Of a stretch of DNA of 64,000 nt, positions 10,844-20,530 are shown piece after piece. Under the pieces are notes generated by a model that did no database searches, was not told the origin of the DNA, and saw nothing but the letters and a program-made list of their open reading frames with translations. Made by a program: the position numbers and the translations under genes. The first letter of the stretch is position 1. Each line of letters opens with the position of its first letter. The DNA is taken from the NCBI GenBank assembly GCA_002898795.1, contig BEIG01000001.1:192-64191 (forward strand), read 5' to 3'. The DNA comes from a bacterium HR30. GTDB lineage: Bacteria; Desulfobacterota; Binatia; HRBIN30.

Positions 10844-11680
10844 ATGAACACGGCGAGAACACGCAAGGCGCTCGCGTTCGCGCTCGTAATCGGCTCGGTG
10901 GTGAGTCTGGCGAGCCCCAATTTGGGCACGGCACAGGAGGGCGCGCAGACTTCCGGGATTGTCCGCTCGCGCCTCGTGCGTGTGGAAACGAGTCGCCTGG
11001 TGGCGATTTTGGGCGGCCAAGCCACAGAGCCAGAACACGTATTCGCCCTGCCAATGGAGCGCCTTCTTGCCCTCGCCAAAGATCCTGGCAGCGGTGTCAA
11101 GCTGGAAGAACACGAGCTTCGACTCAGTGGCCGCCGCATTCGAATCGACCAAATTGCCTCCAAAGAGCCGAGCTATGTGATCGTAGACGTGGCCGGGGGT
11201 ACCATGCAGTGGGTCCACCCCCAAAAGCGCTCCTACGTGGAATGGCGGAAGCCTCCCGCACCCGCCAAAAACCCGACACCACTCCCGCAACTGGAACCGC
11301 TGGAACGCGAGGCCAACATCAACGGCTTTCGTACGCGAGGCTACCGGCTACGGACAGACTCGGGCACGGCTTGGTTGTGGATTGCGCAAGAACCGCAAGC
11401 GCTAGTTTCGGTGCTTCAAGCGCTGGCCGAGCTTCAAACCCTCGTGAAGCCAACGATCGAGTCCTTCGAACAGTTGGCCACCTTACGCGGCATGCAAGAG
11501 GGAGTGGTGATACGTATGCAAGCACTCACTCCAAAGGAGTACATCGTTCAGGAGTTGGTTTCCTTCACGCCGAAAAGGTGGGATACGGCAGATTTTCGCG
11601 TCCCGCCGGGGTGGAAAGGTGTGCCGGTGGAACGCGCTGGGGCGGCAACGCAAGGCGGAAGTTGTCAGAACTGTGAGTAA
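10844..11680 (+). CDS. Secreted hypothetical protein
   Basis: Signal peptide MNTARTRKALAFALVIGSVVSLASP. Divergent from the ABC operon. Stop TAA at 11678-11680. Confidence 0.55.
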   Translation: MNTARTRKALAFALVIGSVVSLASPNLGTAQEGAQTSGIVRSRLVRVETSRLVAILGGQATEPEHVFALPMERLLALAKDPGSGVKLEEHELRLSGRRIRIDQIASKEPSYVIVDVAGGTMQWVHPQKRSYVEWRKPPAPAKNPTPLPQLEPLEREANINGFRTRGYRLRTDSGTAWLWIAQEPQALVSVLQALAELQTLVKPTIESFEQLATLRGMQEGVVIRMQALTPKEYIVQELVSFTPKRWDTADFRVPPGWKGVPVERAGAATQGGSCQNCE

Positions 11681-12515
11681 CGAAAAGATCCATCCAGCCC
11701 TCGCGGCCTTTGCTCCCGGATTGTTTCGGGGGCAGACTGCTTTAGTCACGGGCGGCGGGCGCGGCATTGGCCGCGCGATCGCCCTGGCTTTTGCCCGGTT
11801 TGGGGCCAACGTGGTGATTGCGGCACGAACACCCCAACCGCTGGAGCAAACTTCTCATGACATAGCTGCACTAGGAGCAGAGTGCCTTGCGGTGCCAACC
11901 AACATCCGAGAAATCGAACAGGTCGAGCAGCTCGTGGCACGCTCGGTGGAGCGCTTTGGGGCCATCGACTTCCTGGTGAACAATGCGGGTGGGCAGTTTC
12001 CCGCTCGCCCGTTCGACATTAGCGATCGCGGTTGGCGCGCAGTGATCGACCTGAACCTCCATGGCACTTGGAACATGTTGAGCCGAGTGGGTCGGCACAT
12101 GACCGAGCGCAAGTTCGGGGCCGTGGTCAATATCGTTCACATTTACTCCTTCGAGCGCGGTGCACCGGCCTTTGCGCATTCGGGTGCAGCGCGCGCAGGC
12201 GTGGTGAACCTCACCCGCTCGTTGGCTTACTACTGGGCACGCCACGGAGTAACCGTGAACGCCCTTGCGCCGGGCACCGTTTCGACCCGTGGCCTGCGAG
12301 AGGAGGAGTTCAGTCGCGCGGAAGTGAGCGATTACGAAGCGCTGGCCGTGCGGGATATCCCGGCCCATCGCCTTGCCGATCCGGAAGAAATCGCTGCGGC
12401 GGTGCTTTTCTTGTGCTCTCCTGCCGCGCGCTATATCAACGGTGCCGTCTTGGTCGTCGACGGTGCTCTCTCTTTGGACAACTGGACTCCCATGTGGGAT
12501 CCAGAAACGAGTTGA
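11673..12515 (+). CDS. SDR-family oxidoreductase
   Basis: TGGGRGIGRAIA cofactor motif, NNAG, and the YxxxK region. The likely start is GTG at 11673, overlapping the upstream stop; the ORF track starts at 11619. Confidence 0.85.
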   Translation: MSNEKIHPALAAFAPGLFRGQTALVTGGGRGIGRAIALAFARFGANVVIAARTPQPLEQTSHDIAALGAECLAVPTNIREIEQVEQLVARSVERFGAIDFLVNNAGGQFPARPFDISDRGWRAVIDLNLHGTWNMLSRVGRHMTERKFGAVVNIVHIYSFERGAPAFAHSGAARAGVVNLTRSLAYYWARHGVTVNALAPGTVSTRGLREEEFSRAEVSDYEALAVRDIPAHRLADPEEIAAAVLFLCSPAARYINGAVLVVDGALSLDNWTPMWDPETS

Positions 12516-12544
12516 ACCGTCACCTGCTCGCGAGGTTCGAACCC

Positions 12545-13552
12545 ATGCGAGAGGTGGCGTACACCGATGTCGTCGACGCCCAAGGGCGGATCGCCTCCCT
12601 GATTCACCGCACGCCGCTGCTTCGGTGCTCCAGCCTGGCTCAAGAACTAGATTGCCTCCTCTGGTTCAAGTGCGAACACTTTCAGCGCACTGGCTCGTTC
12701 AAATTTCGCGGCGCCTCGAACGCGGTGTTGTCCTTGCCTGCGGAAGTGGCAGAACGAGGGGTGGTCACTCACAGTTCGGGCAATCATGGGCAGGCATTGG
12801 CTCGCGCCGCAGCGATGCGCGGTGTACCAGCGTATGTGGTCATGCCCCAGGGCGCCGTACAGAGCAAAGCAGAAGCCGTAACCGCGTTTGGCGCCAAGCT
12901 CATTCGTTGCGCCGACACTCTAGCGGATCGGGAGCGAACAGCAGCAGAAGTTCAACGTGCAACTGGCGCTCATTTCGTGCATCCTTACGACGATGCGCGC
13001 GTGATTGCTGGCCAAGGCACCGTCGGCCTGGAACTGCTCCAACAGCTCCCGGAGGTCGACGTCGTGGTGGCCCCCGTGGGCGGCGGGGGACTGCTGAGCG
13101 GTGTTTGTCTTGCCATACACGAGCATCACCCGCGGGTGCGTATCTTTGCTGCCGAGCCACGCGGTGCGGACGATGCTGCCCGATCGTTGCGTAGCGGCGT
13201 CCGGCAATCGCTCGACCGAGCGTGTACGGTCGCCGACGGCCTGCGGGCGCAACTGAGCGACCGCACGTTCACGATTTTGCGGCAACATCTCGAAGACGTG
13301 GTGGTGGTGGACGACGCGGCAATTGTTCGCTCGATGCGTTTGCTCTGGCACCGAACGAAGTGGGTGGTCGAACCGAGCGCCGCCATTGCATTTGCCGCGT
13401 TGTGCGAACCTTCCCTGCTCCGGCAATGCCGTGGACGCAATGTGGTGGTCATCCTGACTGGGGGAAACGTCGATTTGGATTCCTTGCCCTGGGTCAACCC
13501 TACGAGGCAGGAACTTCAGCAAAAGCAAGAACGAGAGAAGGAGGGTCCATGA
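12545..13552 (+). CDS. PLP-dependent serine/threonine dehydratase-family enzyme (threonine ammonia-lyase or serine racemase-like)
   Basis: SFKFRGA PLP-lysine motif and the GGGGL glycine loop. ATG at 12545. The N-terminal extension shown in the ORF track is alternate-frame junk. Confidence 0.85.
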   Translation: MREVAYTDVVDAQGRIASLIHRTPLLRCSSLAQELDCLLWFKCEHFQRTGSFKFRGASNAVLSLPAEVAERGVVTHSSGNHGQALARAAAMRGVPAYVVMPQGAVQSKAEAVTAFGAKLIRCADTLADRERTAAEVQRATGAHFVHPYDDARVIAGQGTVGLELLQQLPEVDVVVAPVGGGGLLSGVCLAIHEHHPRVRIFAAEPRGADDAARSLRSGVRQSLDRACTVADGLRAQLSDRTFTILRQHLEDVVVVDDAAIVRSMRLLWHRTKWVVEPSAAIAFAALCEPSLLRQCRGRNVVVILTGGNVDLDSLPWVNPTRQELQQKQEREKEGP

Positions 13553-14184
13553 AAGCCGAAACGATTGCACCATTGTTCGCCAACAACCGTGCATGGGCGG
13601 CATCGATGACTGCGCGGGATCCCGAGTTTTTCCTGCGTCTATCCCGGCAACAAGCACCACAGTATCTGTGGATCGGCTGTGCCGACAGCCGCGTACCGGC
13701 AAACGAGATCGTCGGGCTCTTACCCGGCGAAATTTTCGTCCACCGCAACGTCGCCAACATCGTGTTCCACGCAGACCTCAACTGTCTCTCCGTGCTCCAG
13801 TATGCCGTAGAGGTTCTACGGGTGCGCCACATCATCGTGTGCGGGCACTACGGCTGCGGGGGCGTGGCTCACGCCATGGGCCACGGCGAGTTAGGGCTGA
13901 TCGACAACTGGCTTCGGTGCATCAAAGACCTCTATTTGCAGCATGCCAACGAACTCGATCGGCTCGACGAGGCATCGCGTCTTCGCCGGCTCTGCGAGCT
14001 CAACGTGCGCCAACAAGTGGCCAACACCTGCCACACAACGATTGTGCAAAAAGCGTGGGCAAACGGCCAAGAGCTTACGGTTCACGGACTGATCTACGAC
14101 ATCCGTGACGGTTTACTGCACGATCTCGAGGTCAGTACGAACGACCCCCGACAGGTGCCGTCGATCTATCGCCTCCAACGTTAA
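13549..14184 (+). CDS. Beta-class carbonic anhydrase
   Basis: CADSRV and HYGCGG zinc-ligand motifs. ATGA overlap with the upstream stop. Confidence 0.9.
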   Translation: MKAETIAPLFANNRAWAASMTARDPEFFLRLSRQQAPQYLWIGCADSRVPANEIVGLLPGEIFVHRNVANIVFHADLNCLSVLQYAVEVLRVRHIIVCGHYGCGGVAHAMGHGELGLIDNWLRCIKDLYLQHANELDRLDEASRLRRLCELNVRQQVANTCHTTIVQKAWANGQELTVHGLIYDIRDGLLHDLEVSTNDPRQVPSIYRLQR

Positions 14185-14260
14185 TCGCTCGTGGGCTTGC
14201 TCCAAAAACGCCCGCACATAAAATCGGCTGTGCTACTTTGCATCCAAAAGGAGGGTTCCG

Positions 14261-15646
14261 TTGGCCGGGATCATTCGGTACGGCAGTTACGTGCCCTATT
14301 TTCGCTTGCAGCGCCAAGCAATTGGGGCTGGGCGCGGCGAAAGGGCTGTGGCCAGCTACGATGAAGACGCTGCGTCGCTGGCGGTGGAAGCAGCGCGCGA
14401 TGCTGTCCGCGGTGGACTTCGTGTCGATGCGCTACTGTTTGCTACCACCAGTCCCCCGTACGCAGAGAAGCTCAATGCGGCAACGATTCAGGCAGCTTTG
14501 GACTTGGCCGAATCCATCGCCAGTTTCGAGCTTTCTGCCACCACGCGCGCCGGTGCATCGGCTTTGGCCTTGGGTCTGGATCTGGCCATGGCCGGACGCA
14601 CGGTACTCGTGTGCGCCAGCGACATTTCTGTTGGAGCCCCCGGTGGGGTCCGCGAGGCTCAAGGGGGTGATGCCGGCGTCGCGTTCGTGGTTGGCGGAGA
14701 CGGGGATGCCGTGGCGCGGCTCCTCGGCAAGGCCACATGCACGATCGAGATCCTCGACGTGTGGCGAATTCCCGAAGAACGCTTTCCGCGTTCCTGGGAG
14801 GAACGGTTTGCCGCCGAGAGTATGGGTCCGGCCGTGCTCGACACCGTTCAGCAGGCGCTTGCGGTGGCGGGCGTGAGCCCCCAGTCGCTCACACACGTGG
14901 TTCTGGATGGAGTCAACCCTCGTACGCTGGCACAATTGCCGCGAGCGCTCGGGCTGGAGCCAGCAAAACTTGTCGACAACCTGACGCAAACAATTGGTCG
15001 TTGTGGCTGCGCCCATGCCGGACTCGGGCTCGCCCACGTCCTCGATCGGGCTCAACCTGGCGACCGGATTCTGGTCGTGAGCGAAGCCGATGGCGTGGAT
15101 GCCTTGGTGTTCGAAGTGACCGATCGCATTCGTTCCTTCCCGAAACCACGACCCGTGCAGCGGTGGATCGACTCCAAGCGGAACGATCTCGCGTACCCAA
15201 CCTACCTCAAATGGCGCGGTATCCTGCCGTTCGAGCCACCGCGGCGGCCCGACCCCGAGCGGCCGGCTGCGCCCGTGATGCGACGGCACGAGCGATGGAA
15301 AATGGCCTTCGTCGGCTCGCGTTGTCTGCGCTGTCAAACCGGGCATCTACCCCCACAGCGGGTGTGCGTGCACTGCGGCGCGGTCGACGAAATGCGCGAA
15401 GAGCGTTATGCCGACACCTCGTGTCGGGTCACGACCTATACCCTGGACTACCTCGCCTACTCCTTGCAGCCACCTGTCGTCGTGGCCGTCGCCGACTACG
15501 AAGGCGGTGGACGCTTTAGTTGCGAACTAACCGACGTCGATCCGAAACAAGTGAAAATTGGCGGCCAGTTAGAAATGACCTTTCGCCGCCTCTACACAGC
15601 AGAGGGAGTGCACAACTACTTTTGGAAAGCACGGCCCATGCGCTAA
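14261..15646 (+). CDS. HMG-CoA synthase-like (thiolase-fold) domain fused to a C-terminal DUF35 Zn-ribbon/OB-fold domain
   Basis: GIIRYGSYVPYFR, DEDAASLAVEAAR and QPGDRILVVS...VFEVTD are collinear with archaeal HMGCS. The C-terminus CLRCQTGHLPPQRVCVHCG is DUF35-like. TTG start with RBS AAAGGAGGG. Confidence 0.8.
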   Translation: MAGIIRYGSYVPYFRLQRQAIGAGRGERAVASYDEDAASLAVEAARDAVRGGLRVDALLFATTSPPYAEKLNAATIQAALDLAESIASFELSATTRAGASALALGLDLAMAGRTVLVCASDISVGAPGGVREAQGGDAGVAFVVGGDGDAVARLLGKATCTIEILDVWRIPEERFPRSWEERFAAESMGPAVLDTVQQALAVAGVSPQSLTHVVLDGVNPRTLAQLPRALGLEPAKLVDNLTQTIGRCGCAHAGLGLAHVLDRAQPGDRILVVSEADGVDALVFEVTDRIRSFPKPRPVQRWIDSKRNDLAYPTYLKWRGILPFEPPRRPDPERPAAPVMRRHERWKMAFVGSRCLRCQTGHLPPQRVCVHCGAVDEMREERYADTSCRVTTYTLDYLAYSLQPPVVVAVADYEGGGRFSCELTDVDPKQVKIGGQLEMTFRRLYTAEGVHNYFWKARPMR

Positions 15647-15675
15647 ACCCCAGGCGAAACGAGGAGGACGTTTCC

Positions 15676-16851
15676 ATGGCAAGCAAAGGAATCAAAGACC
15701 GGGTAGCGATCGTGGGTATGGGTTGTACCCCGTTCGGAGAACACTGGGACAAGGGTCCGGAGGACCTCCTCATCGAGGCCGCGCGCGAGGCTTACGCCTC
15801 GGCAAACATCGAACCCGAGCAAGTCGACGCCTACTGGCTCGGCACGATGGCGAGTGGGTTTTCCGGGCTCATGTTATCCGAAGCGCTGAAGATCCCCTAC
15901 AAACCTGTCACCCGCTTGGAAAACATGTGTGCGACCGGAAGCGAGGCACTGCGCAACGCTGCCTACGCCGTGGCCAGTGGGGCGTACGACCTGGTGATGG
16001 CCATCGGAGTGGAGAAACTCAAAGACTCGGGTTTTTCCGGGCTCGCCATGGCCAATCCACCCCACGATGGCACGATCTCCAGCATGACCGCGCCAGCGAC
16101 CTTTTCCCTGCTCGCCCCAGCTTATTCCAAAAAGTACAACGTACCGGAGGACACGCTCAAGCAGGTGCTCGCCCGCATTGCTTGGAAAAACCACAAGAAC
16201 GGCGCGCGTAACCCGAAGGCGCAGTTCCGCAAAGAAGTTTCCATGGAAACGATTTGCAATGCGCCGCCCGTGGCCGGCATGCTCGGGATTTTCGACTGCT
16301 CGGGCGTCAGCGATGGCGCGGCAGCAGCCATTCTCTGCCGTGCCGAGGATGCCCATCGGTACACAGATAAGCCAATTTTCATCAAGGCACTGGCGTTCGC
16401 GGCTGGTCCCGCTGAAGGTTACTTCAGTCAGCATTATGATTTTACGACGTTCCCCGAAGTCGTGCGCAGCGCCGAAGATGCATACCGCCAAGCTGGCGTA
16501 ACCAACCCGCGGGAAGAAATCAGTATGGCCGAGGTGCACGACTGCTTTACCCCAACGGAACTCGTACTGATGGAAGACATGGGCTTTTCCGCCCGCGGGC
16601 AAGCGTGGCGCGATGTGCTCGACGGCCGGTTTGACGGCGATGGCCCCCAGCCGATCAACCCTGACGGTGGGTTGAAGAGCTTCGGTCATCCCATTGGTGC
16701 CAGCGGACTGCGGATGATGTACGAAATGTGGCTCCAACTCCGGGTCGAGGCTGGCCCGCGGCAAATCCCCAACCCCAAATTGGGGCTCACCCACAATCTC
16801 GGCGGCGCTCCCGGACGATGCGTGAGCTTCGTTTCGATCGTAGGGCTGTAA
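15676..16851 (+). CDS. SCP-x / archaeal-type thiolase (acetyl-CoA C-acyltransferase family)
   Basis: NMCATGSEAL catalytic Cys, HDCF, and GGLKSFGHPIGASG. ATG at 15676 with RBS GAGGAGGA. Confidence 0.85.
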   Translation: MASKGIKDRVAIVGMGCTPFGEHWDKGPEDLLIEAAREAYASANIEPEQVDAYWLGTMASGFSGLMLSEALKIPYKPVTRLENMCATGSEALRNAAYAVASGAYDLVMAIGVEKLKDSGFSGLAMANPPHDGTISSMTAPATFSLLAPAYSKKYNVPEDTLKQVLARIAWKNHKNGARNPKAQFRKEVSMETICNAPPVAGMLGIFDCSGVSDGAAAAILCRAEDAHRYTDKPIFIKALAFAAGPAEGYFSQHYDFTTFPEVVRSAEDAYRQAGVTNPREEISMAEVHDCFTPTELVLMEDMGFSARGQAWRDVLDGRFDGDGPQPINPDGGLKSFGHPIGASGLRMMYEMWLQLRVEAGPRQIPNPKLGLTHNLGGAPGRCVSFVSIVGL

Positions 16852-16853
16852 CC

Positions 16854-17366
16854 TCAGTCGCCAGACCGGGGCGACTCGGTCGTCGACTCGCTCCCTTGCC
16901 TCTGGGAGCGGCGAGAACGTAAGCGCTCGGCAACGGGAGGCACGGCTTTCAGAAGCATATCGAAGTAAGCCAGATCCCGCCCCACTGCCGCTTCCAGTGC
17001 GGCTTCGTACGCAGCCAGCGCGGGCTCCAACTCGCCTTCTTTCTCGGGGATGATTTCATCGTTTTCATCGAGGCAGGCATTCACCTTTTCCGCCAGTTGT
17101 TCCAGGCGTTCTTCGCCATCCTCGCCGAGCTTGCCGTGCAAGGTTTCGTTCCAGACGGCAAAAAAACCAAAGGTGGCTGCGCTCTGGCGGCGCAGCCCTC
17201 CGCTGAGCAAGTAAAGCTGCTCGGCAAGCTGTTCCGCCTCAGGCCGGCCGCGCCGCGTGACCAAGGCTCCCACCCGCACCAGCTTGTCCCGCAAGCGCTG
17301 CACTCCGAGCTCGCGTGCAAGCAAGCACACCGCCTCGCGAAATTCACTCGCCGTCAGTTGTGCCAT
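16854..17366 (-). CDS. Hypothetical acidic protein
   Basis: ATG at 17364-17366 with a GGAG RBS. No recognisable domain. Lies downstream of thiI. Confidence 0.5.
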   Translation of the reverse strand: MAQLTASEFREAVCLLARELGVQRLRDKLVRVGALVTRRGRPEAEQLAEQLYLLSGGLRRQSAATFGFFAVWNETLHGKLGEDGEERLEQLAEKVNACLDENDEIIPEKEGELEPALAAYEAALEAAVGRDLAYFDMLLKAVPPVAERLRSRRSQRQGSESTTESPRSGD

Positions 17367-17487
17367 TCCCCTCGTTCTCCTCTCGCCGATTTTCTGAGTT
17401 GAATCCCGTTCTACCGGAGTTCCCTAGAAAGCCTCGTCTCCTGGAGCAATGGCGCTTCGAAGCCAATCCCGCATGGGTCGCGCACCC

Positions 17488-18684
17488 TCAAGGGAAGGAG
17501 TACTCAAACGTCTCGATGCCGGCCAAAGCCTCTGCCACCAATGCGGGAATGTTCAACGGCTCCTCGGCTCGTCGCGCCTCGGCTGCCGACATCCGCGTTG
17601 CTGGCAGTGGAGGCACGAACAGTTGGCAGCAGTCTTGGTCGGGCTGGATGGAGATTTCGTAAGTGCCAATTCGCTCCGCTTGGGCACGAATTTCGTTTTT
17701 GTCCATGGCAATGAGCGGGCGGAGTACCATGGAGTCTACCGCATCCTCGATTGCGGCTAAATTCTCGAGAGTTTGAGAGGCCACCTGGCCAAGACTTTCT
17801 CCGGTGACCAAAGCTTGCGCTCCAACACGGGTGGCCAGCTCTTGCGCAATCCGCAGCATCATCCGGCGATACAAAACCACGCGGTACGGACGCGCCACCG
17901 CAGCCACAATTTGCCGTTGAATCTCCCCGAACACGACGCAGTGCAGGCGCGAGTGAAGCTGGTAGCGGGTCAATAGCCGTGCCAATTCTTGTGCCTTTTC
18001 TAGGCTGCGGCGGTCTTGGTAGGGAGCACCGGAAAAATGAAGGAATTCCACGCGGCAACCACGGCCCATCATCCGCCAAGCGGCAACGGGCGAATCGATG
18101 CCACCACTGAGAAGCGTCAGCACCGTTCCACTCACCCCCACGGGCAGCCCACCCAGCCCGCGCAGCCGTTCCACAGAAACAAACGCCTCGCGTGCCAAAA
18201 CCTCGATGTGCACTTCCACGTCTGGGTGCTCTAGATCCACTTTCCAACCCAACTCGTCCTTCAGAATCTTTCCAACCTGACGGGCAATCTCTGGCGAAGT
18301 GAGCGGATAACTCTTATCCGCGCGTTTCGCCCGCACGGCAAAACTTCCCGCTTGCCGGCCAGCCAAGGCCTTCAAGGCTGTGGCCGCGAGACTTTCGATC
18401 TGCCTCTCGCTCTTCCAGGCAAAGGCGAAGTTGGCAATCCCGAACACCCACCCCAGGCGTTCGCGAATGACCGGCCACTCCTCAGGGTCCGGAACGTGAA
18501 TCACGACCCGTCCCTCCGCAGAGCGCACCAGCGAGCAGGCAGTATCGCGCAGCACGCCTTCGATGTTGCGCATGAGCTGGCGCACGAACATAGGCCGATT
18601 GCGCTGTTTCAGGGCGATTTCGTGATAGTGGACGATCACGCGTTGCACGGGCGGGATCCCTTTATCCCCACGGTGCCGGGGCAC
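17488..18684 (-). CDS. thiI: tRNA 4-thiouridine(8) synthase ThiI (short form, no rhodanese domain)
   Basis: THUMP-like N-terminus and PP-loop LLSGGIDSPVAAW. Confidence 0.9.
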   Translation of the reverse strand: MPRHRGDKGIPPVQRVIVHYHEIALKQRNRPMFVRQLMRNIEGVLRDTACSLVRSAEGRVVIHVPDPEEWPVIRERLGWVFGIANFAFAWKSERQIESLAATALKALAGRQAGSFAVRAKRADKSYPLTSPEIARQVGKILKDELGWKVDLEHPDVEVHIEVLAREAFVSVERLRGLGGLPVGVSGTVLTLLSGGIDSPVAAWRMMGRGCRVEFLHFSGAPYQDRRSLEKAQELARLLTRYQLHSRLHCVVFGEIQRQIVAAVARPYRVVLYRRMMLRIAQELATRVGAQALVTGESLGQVASQTLENLAAIEDAVDSMVLRPLIAMDKNEIRAQAERIGTYEISIQPDQDCCQLFVPPLPATRMSAAEARRAEEPLNIPALVAEALAGIETFEYSFP

Positions 18685-18721
18685 GGCTTGTAATGCAACG
18701 AAGCTCGGTTCGCCACCGTTC

Positions 18722-18769
18722 CAACAGCAAAAGGAGGCCGCGCGCTAGCTCAGCCTTGCGGGGCGGCCT
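18722..18769 (-). terminator. Rho-independent terminator after the TPR/peptidase gene
   Basis: Hairpin AGGCCGC...GCGGCCT (18735-18769), followed on the minus strand by CCTTTTGCTGTT. Confidence 0.5.
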
Positions 18770-18848
18770 TGCGTCTCGCCGAACCTTGGCGCCGGGAACA
18801 CCCCCCTGGGCCTCTCTTAGAAATGCAGCAGGCGTACGGCGCCTACAC

Positions 18849-20222
18849 CTAGCGAAGCGACGCGGCAAAGTCGTCGAAACTCTGCCCGAATGCTGCGGAG
18901 AACGCATCCCGCCACGGCTGTTCTGCCGTCGCGCGGACGAAGCCCAGAACCCGGTGCATCCCGTACTGCTCGCTTAGCGACACAACGGCCAGGTAACTGG
19001 CCGCGTAAGCAACTTCAGCGGCATGCTTCTCCAAAGCCGAAAAGGATTGCGGCAACGTATGTAAGGATACTCCCTCTTGCTCCGTCTGCAGCCCTTCCGC
19101 CCAGTGCCATCGTTCTCCCGGGTGGTCATCTTCGCACCACATCGCCAAACCTTCTTGCAACCATGCCGGAGCTCGGTTGCGACTCCACTCCGTCACCAAG
19201 GCGTGCGCCAGTTCGTGCCGGGCTACCCGCTCGAGATGTCCGCGGTCACTGTCCCTCAACCCACCGATCGGCAACTGGATACGCCCTGTGTATACGCCGC
19301 CCGCCCAATCCGGCGATCGAGTGACGGCATAGAAGTCTGAAGAGGGATACAGCACGACGCGCACCGGAGCGGCTGGACCGGCTCCGAGGCGTCGCAGAAG
19401 CGAATCGTACGCATCCTCGAAACCGGAGATGACCAAATCCAATACTGCTGCGTCATCAAAGGCAGGATGGCGAAAATCGAACCGCGCACTGCGAGTGGTT
19501 ACGTACTCCCACTCGGCGTCTACTTCGCGGCTCAGCCGCTCGATCTTCTGCCGCAGCTCAGGAGAGTCGAGTCCGGCCGCGCGGGCTCGCGTGAGGTAAT
19601 CCAAGGCCCGCGGGCGATCGTCGCGTTGTTCCGACAGTTCTGCCAAAGCCAGCAGCAAACGAGGATGATCCGAGAACTGCAAGAGCGCCTTCTCCCAAAT
19701 GGCCTGCGCCCGCGCGGCCTCTCCCTGGTGGAGCCATGCCTGTCCGAGCCAGTACTCCACCTCTGGGTCGGCTTGCAGCTCCGACGCTTCTCTCAAGAGC
19801 TCCGCTGCTGCGGCAAGCCGGCCAGCGTGGAATTCATCAACACCCCACGCCAGCAACACTTGCTGAAGATTCCGGCGCATCGAGTCGTTGCCCGGATCCA
19901 AGCGCAGCGCATGACGCAAATGCTCTGCCGATTGCGGCCACTGGCGCCGTCGCGCAAAGGCGACACCAGCGTTGTTATAACCCACTGCTTCGGGAACAGT
20001 GGAATCTTGCGAATCTTCCAGCAGCGTGGTGACCCCGCTTTCGGACTCAACTCCTCCACTCGGCTTTGGCGGTGTGTTGCTACTGTCAGAAAATTCTCGA
20101 GAAAGCTTCCACGGACTTACTGGCAGGAGCAGCCCCAAAGACCAAGCTACTGCCAAACCGGCAGCAAGGCCGGCAACCAAGGCGCGCACGACCGCACTCC
20201 TAGGGACGCTTGGCTTTGCCAT
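18849..20222 (-). CDS. Membrane-anchored TPR-repeat protein with a C-terminal peptidase MA-like HExxH domain
   Basis: N-terminal TM AVVRALVAGLAAGLAVAWSLGLLL, TPR-like helices, and HELAHAL...E zincin motif. Confidence 0.75.
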   Translation of the reverse strand: MAKPSVPRSAVVRALVAGLAAGLAVAWSLGLLLPVSPWKLSREFSDSSNTPPKPSGGVESESGVTTLLEDSQDSTVPEAVGYNNAGVAFARRRQWPQSAEHLRHALRLDPGNDSMRRNLQQVLLAWGVDEFHAGRLAAAAELLREASELQADPEVEYWLGQAWLHQGEAARAQAIWEKALLQFSDHPRLLLALAELSEQRDDRPRALDYLTRARAAGLDSPELRQKIERLSREVDAEWEYVTTRSARFDFRHPAFDDAAVLDLVISGFEDAYDSLLRRLGAGPAAPVRVVLYPSSDFYAVTRSPDWAGGVYTGRIQLPIGGLRDSDRGHLERVARHELAHALVTEWSRNRAPAWLQEGLAMWCEDDHPGERWHWAEGLQTEQEGVSLHTLPQSFSALEKHAAEVAYAASYLAVVSLSEQYGMHRVLGFVRATAEQPWRDAFSAAFGQSFDDFAASLR

Positions 20223-20530
20223 ATCGTTCCGTCCTAGGATACCTTATTAGCCAAACGATCCGTGGGCACCGAGAGCAAAACCGGTGTTGTTGGAAAAACG
20301 CACCCCCACGCGAACAGAAGGGCGGCGCGAGCCAACTAGCCTGCAGGGCAACATCATCGCCCGAACTGCTTCGACGAGCGCTTCGAGGTGGTCGATCACT
20401 CGAAGCAGAACTAGCACTGCCTTGCTGGGCTAAACGGGTGCCCGGTAGCAGCGTTCGGCTGCCTAACCGGTGGTGTTAGACTCCAAGGCCGCCAGTGAGG
20501 TGGTCTTCCTTGTGGCCTTTGCCACGGTGA

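Noticed and set aside
10699-11290. A long N-terminal extension of the ABC permease ORF (up to 428 aa)
   Set aside because: The extension is not ModB-like and has low-complexity Arg-rich composition. It overlaps the divergent secreted-protein gene, so the start was trimmed to about 10698.
12032-12544. An N-terminal extension of the dehydratase ORF
   Set aside because: It overlaps the SDR gene in another frame. The homology begins at MREVAYTD (ATG 12545).
18735-18769. A possible tRNA D-arm-like GCTAGCTCAGCC
   Set aside because: No cloverleaf is possible. The sequence instead forms a simple GC hairpin followed by a T tract on the minus strand (a terminator).
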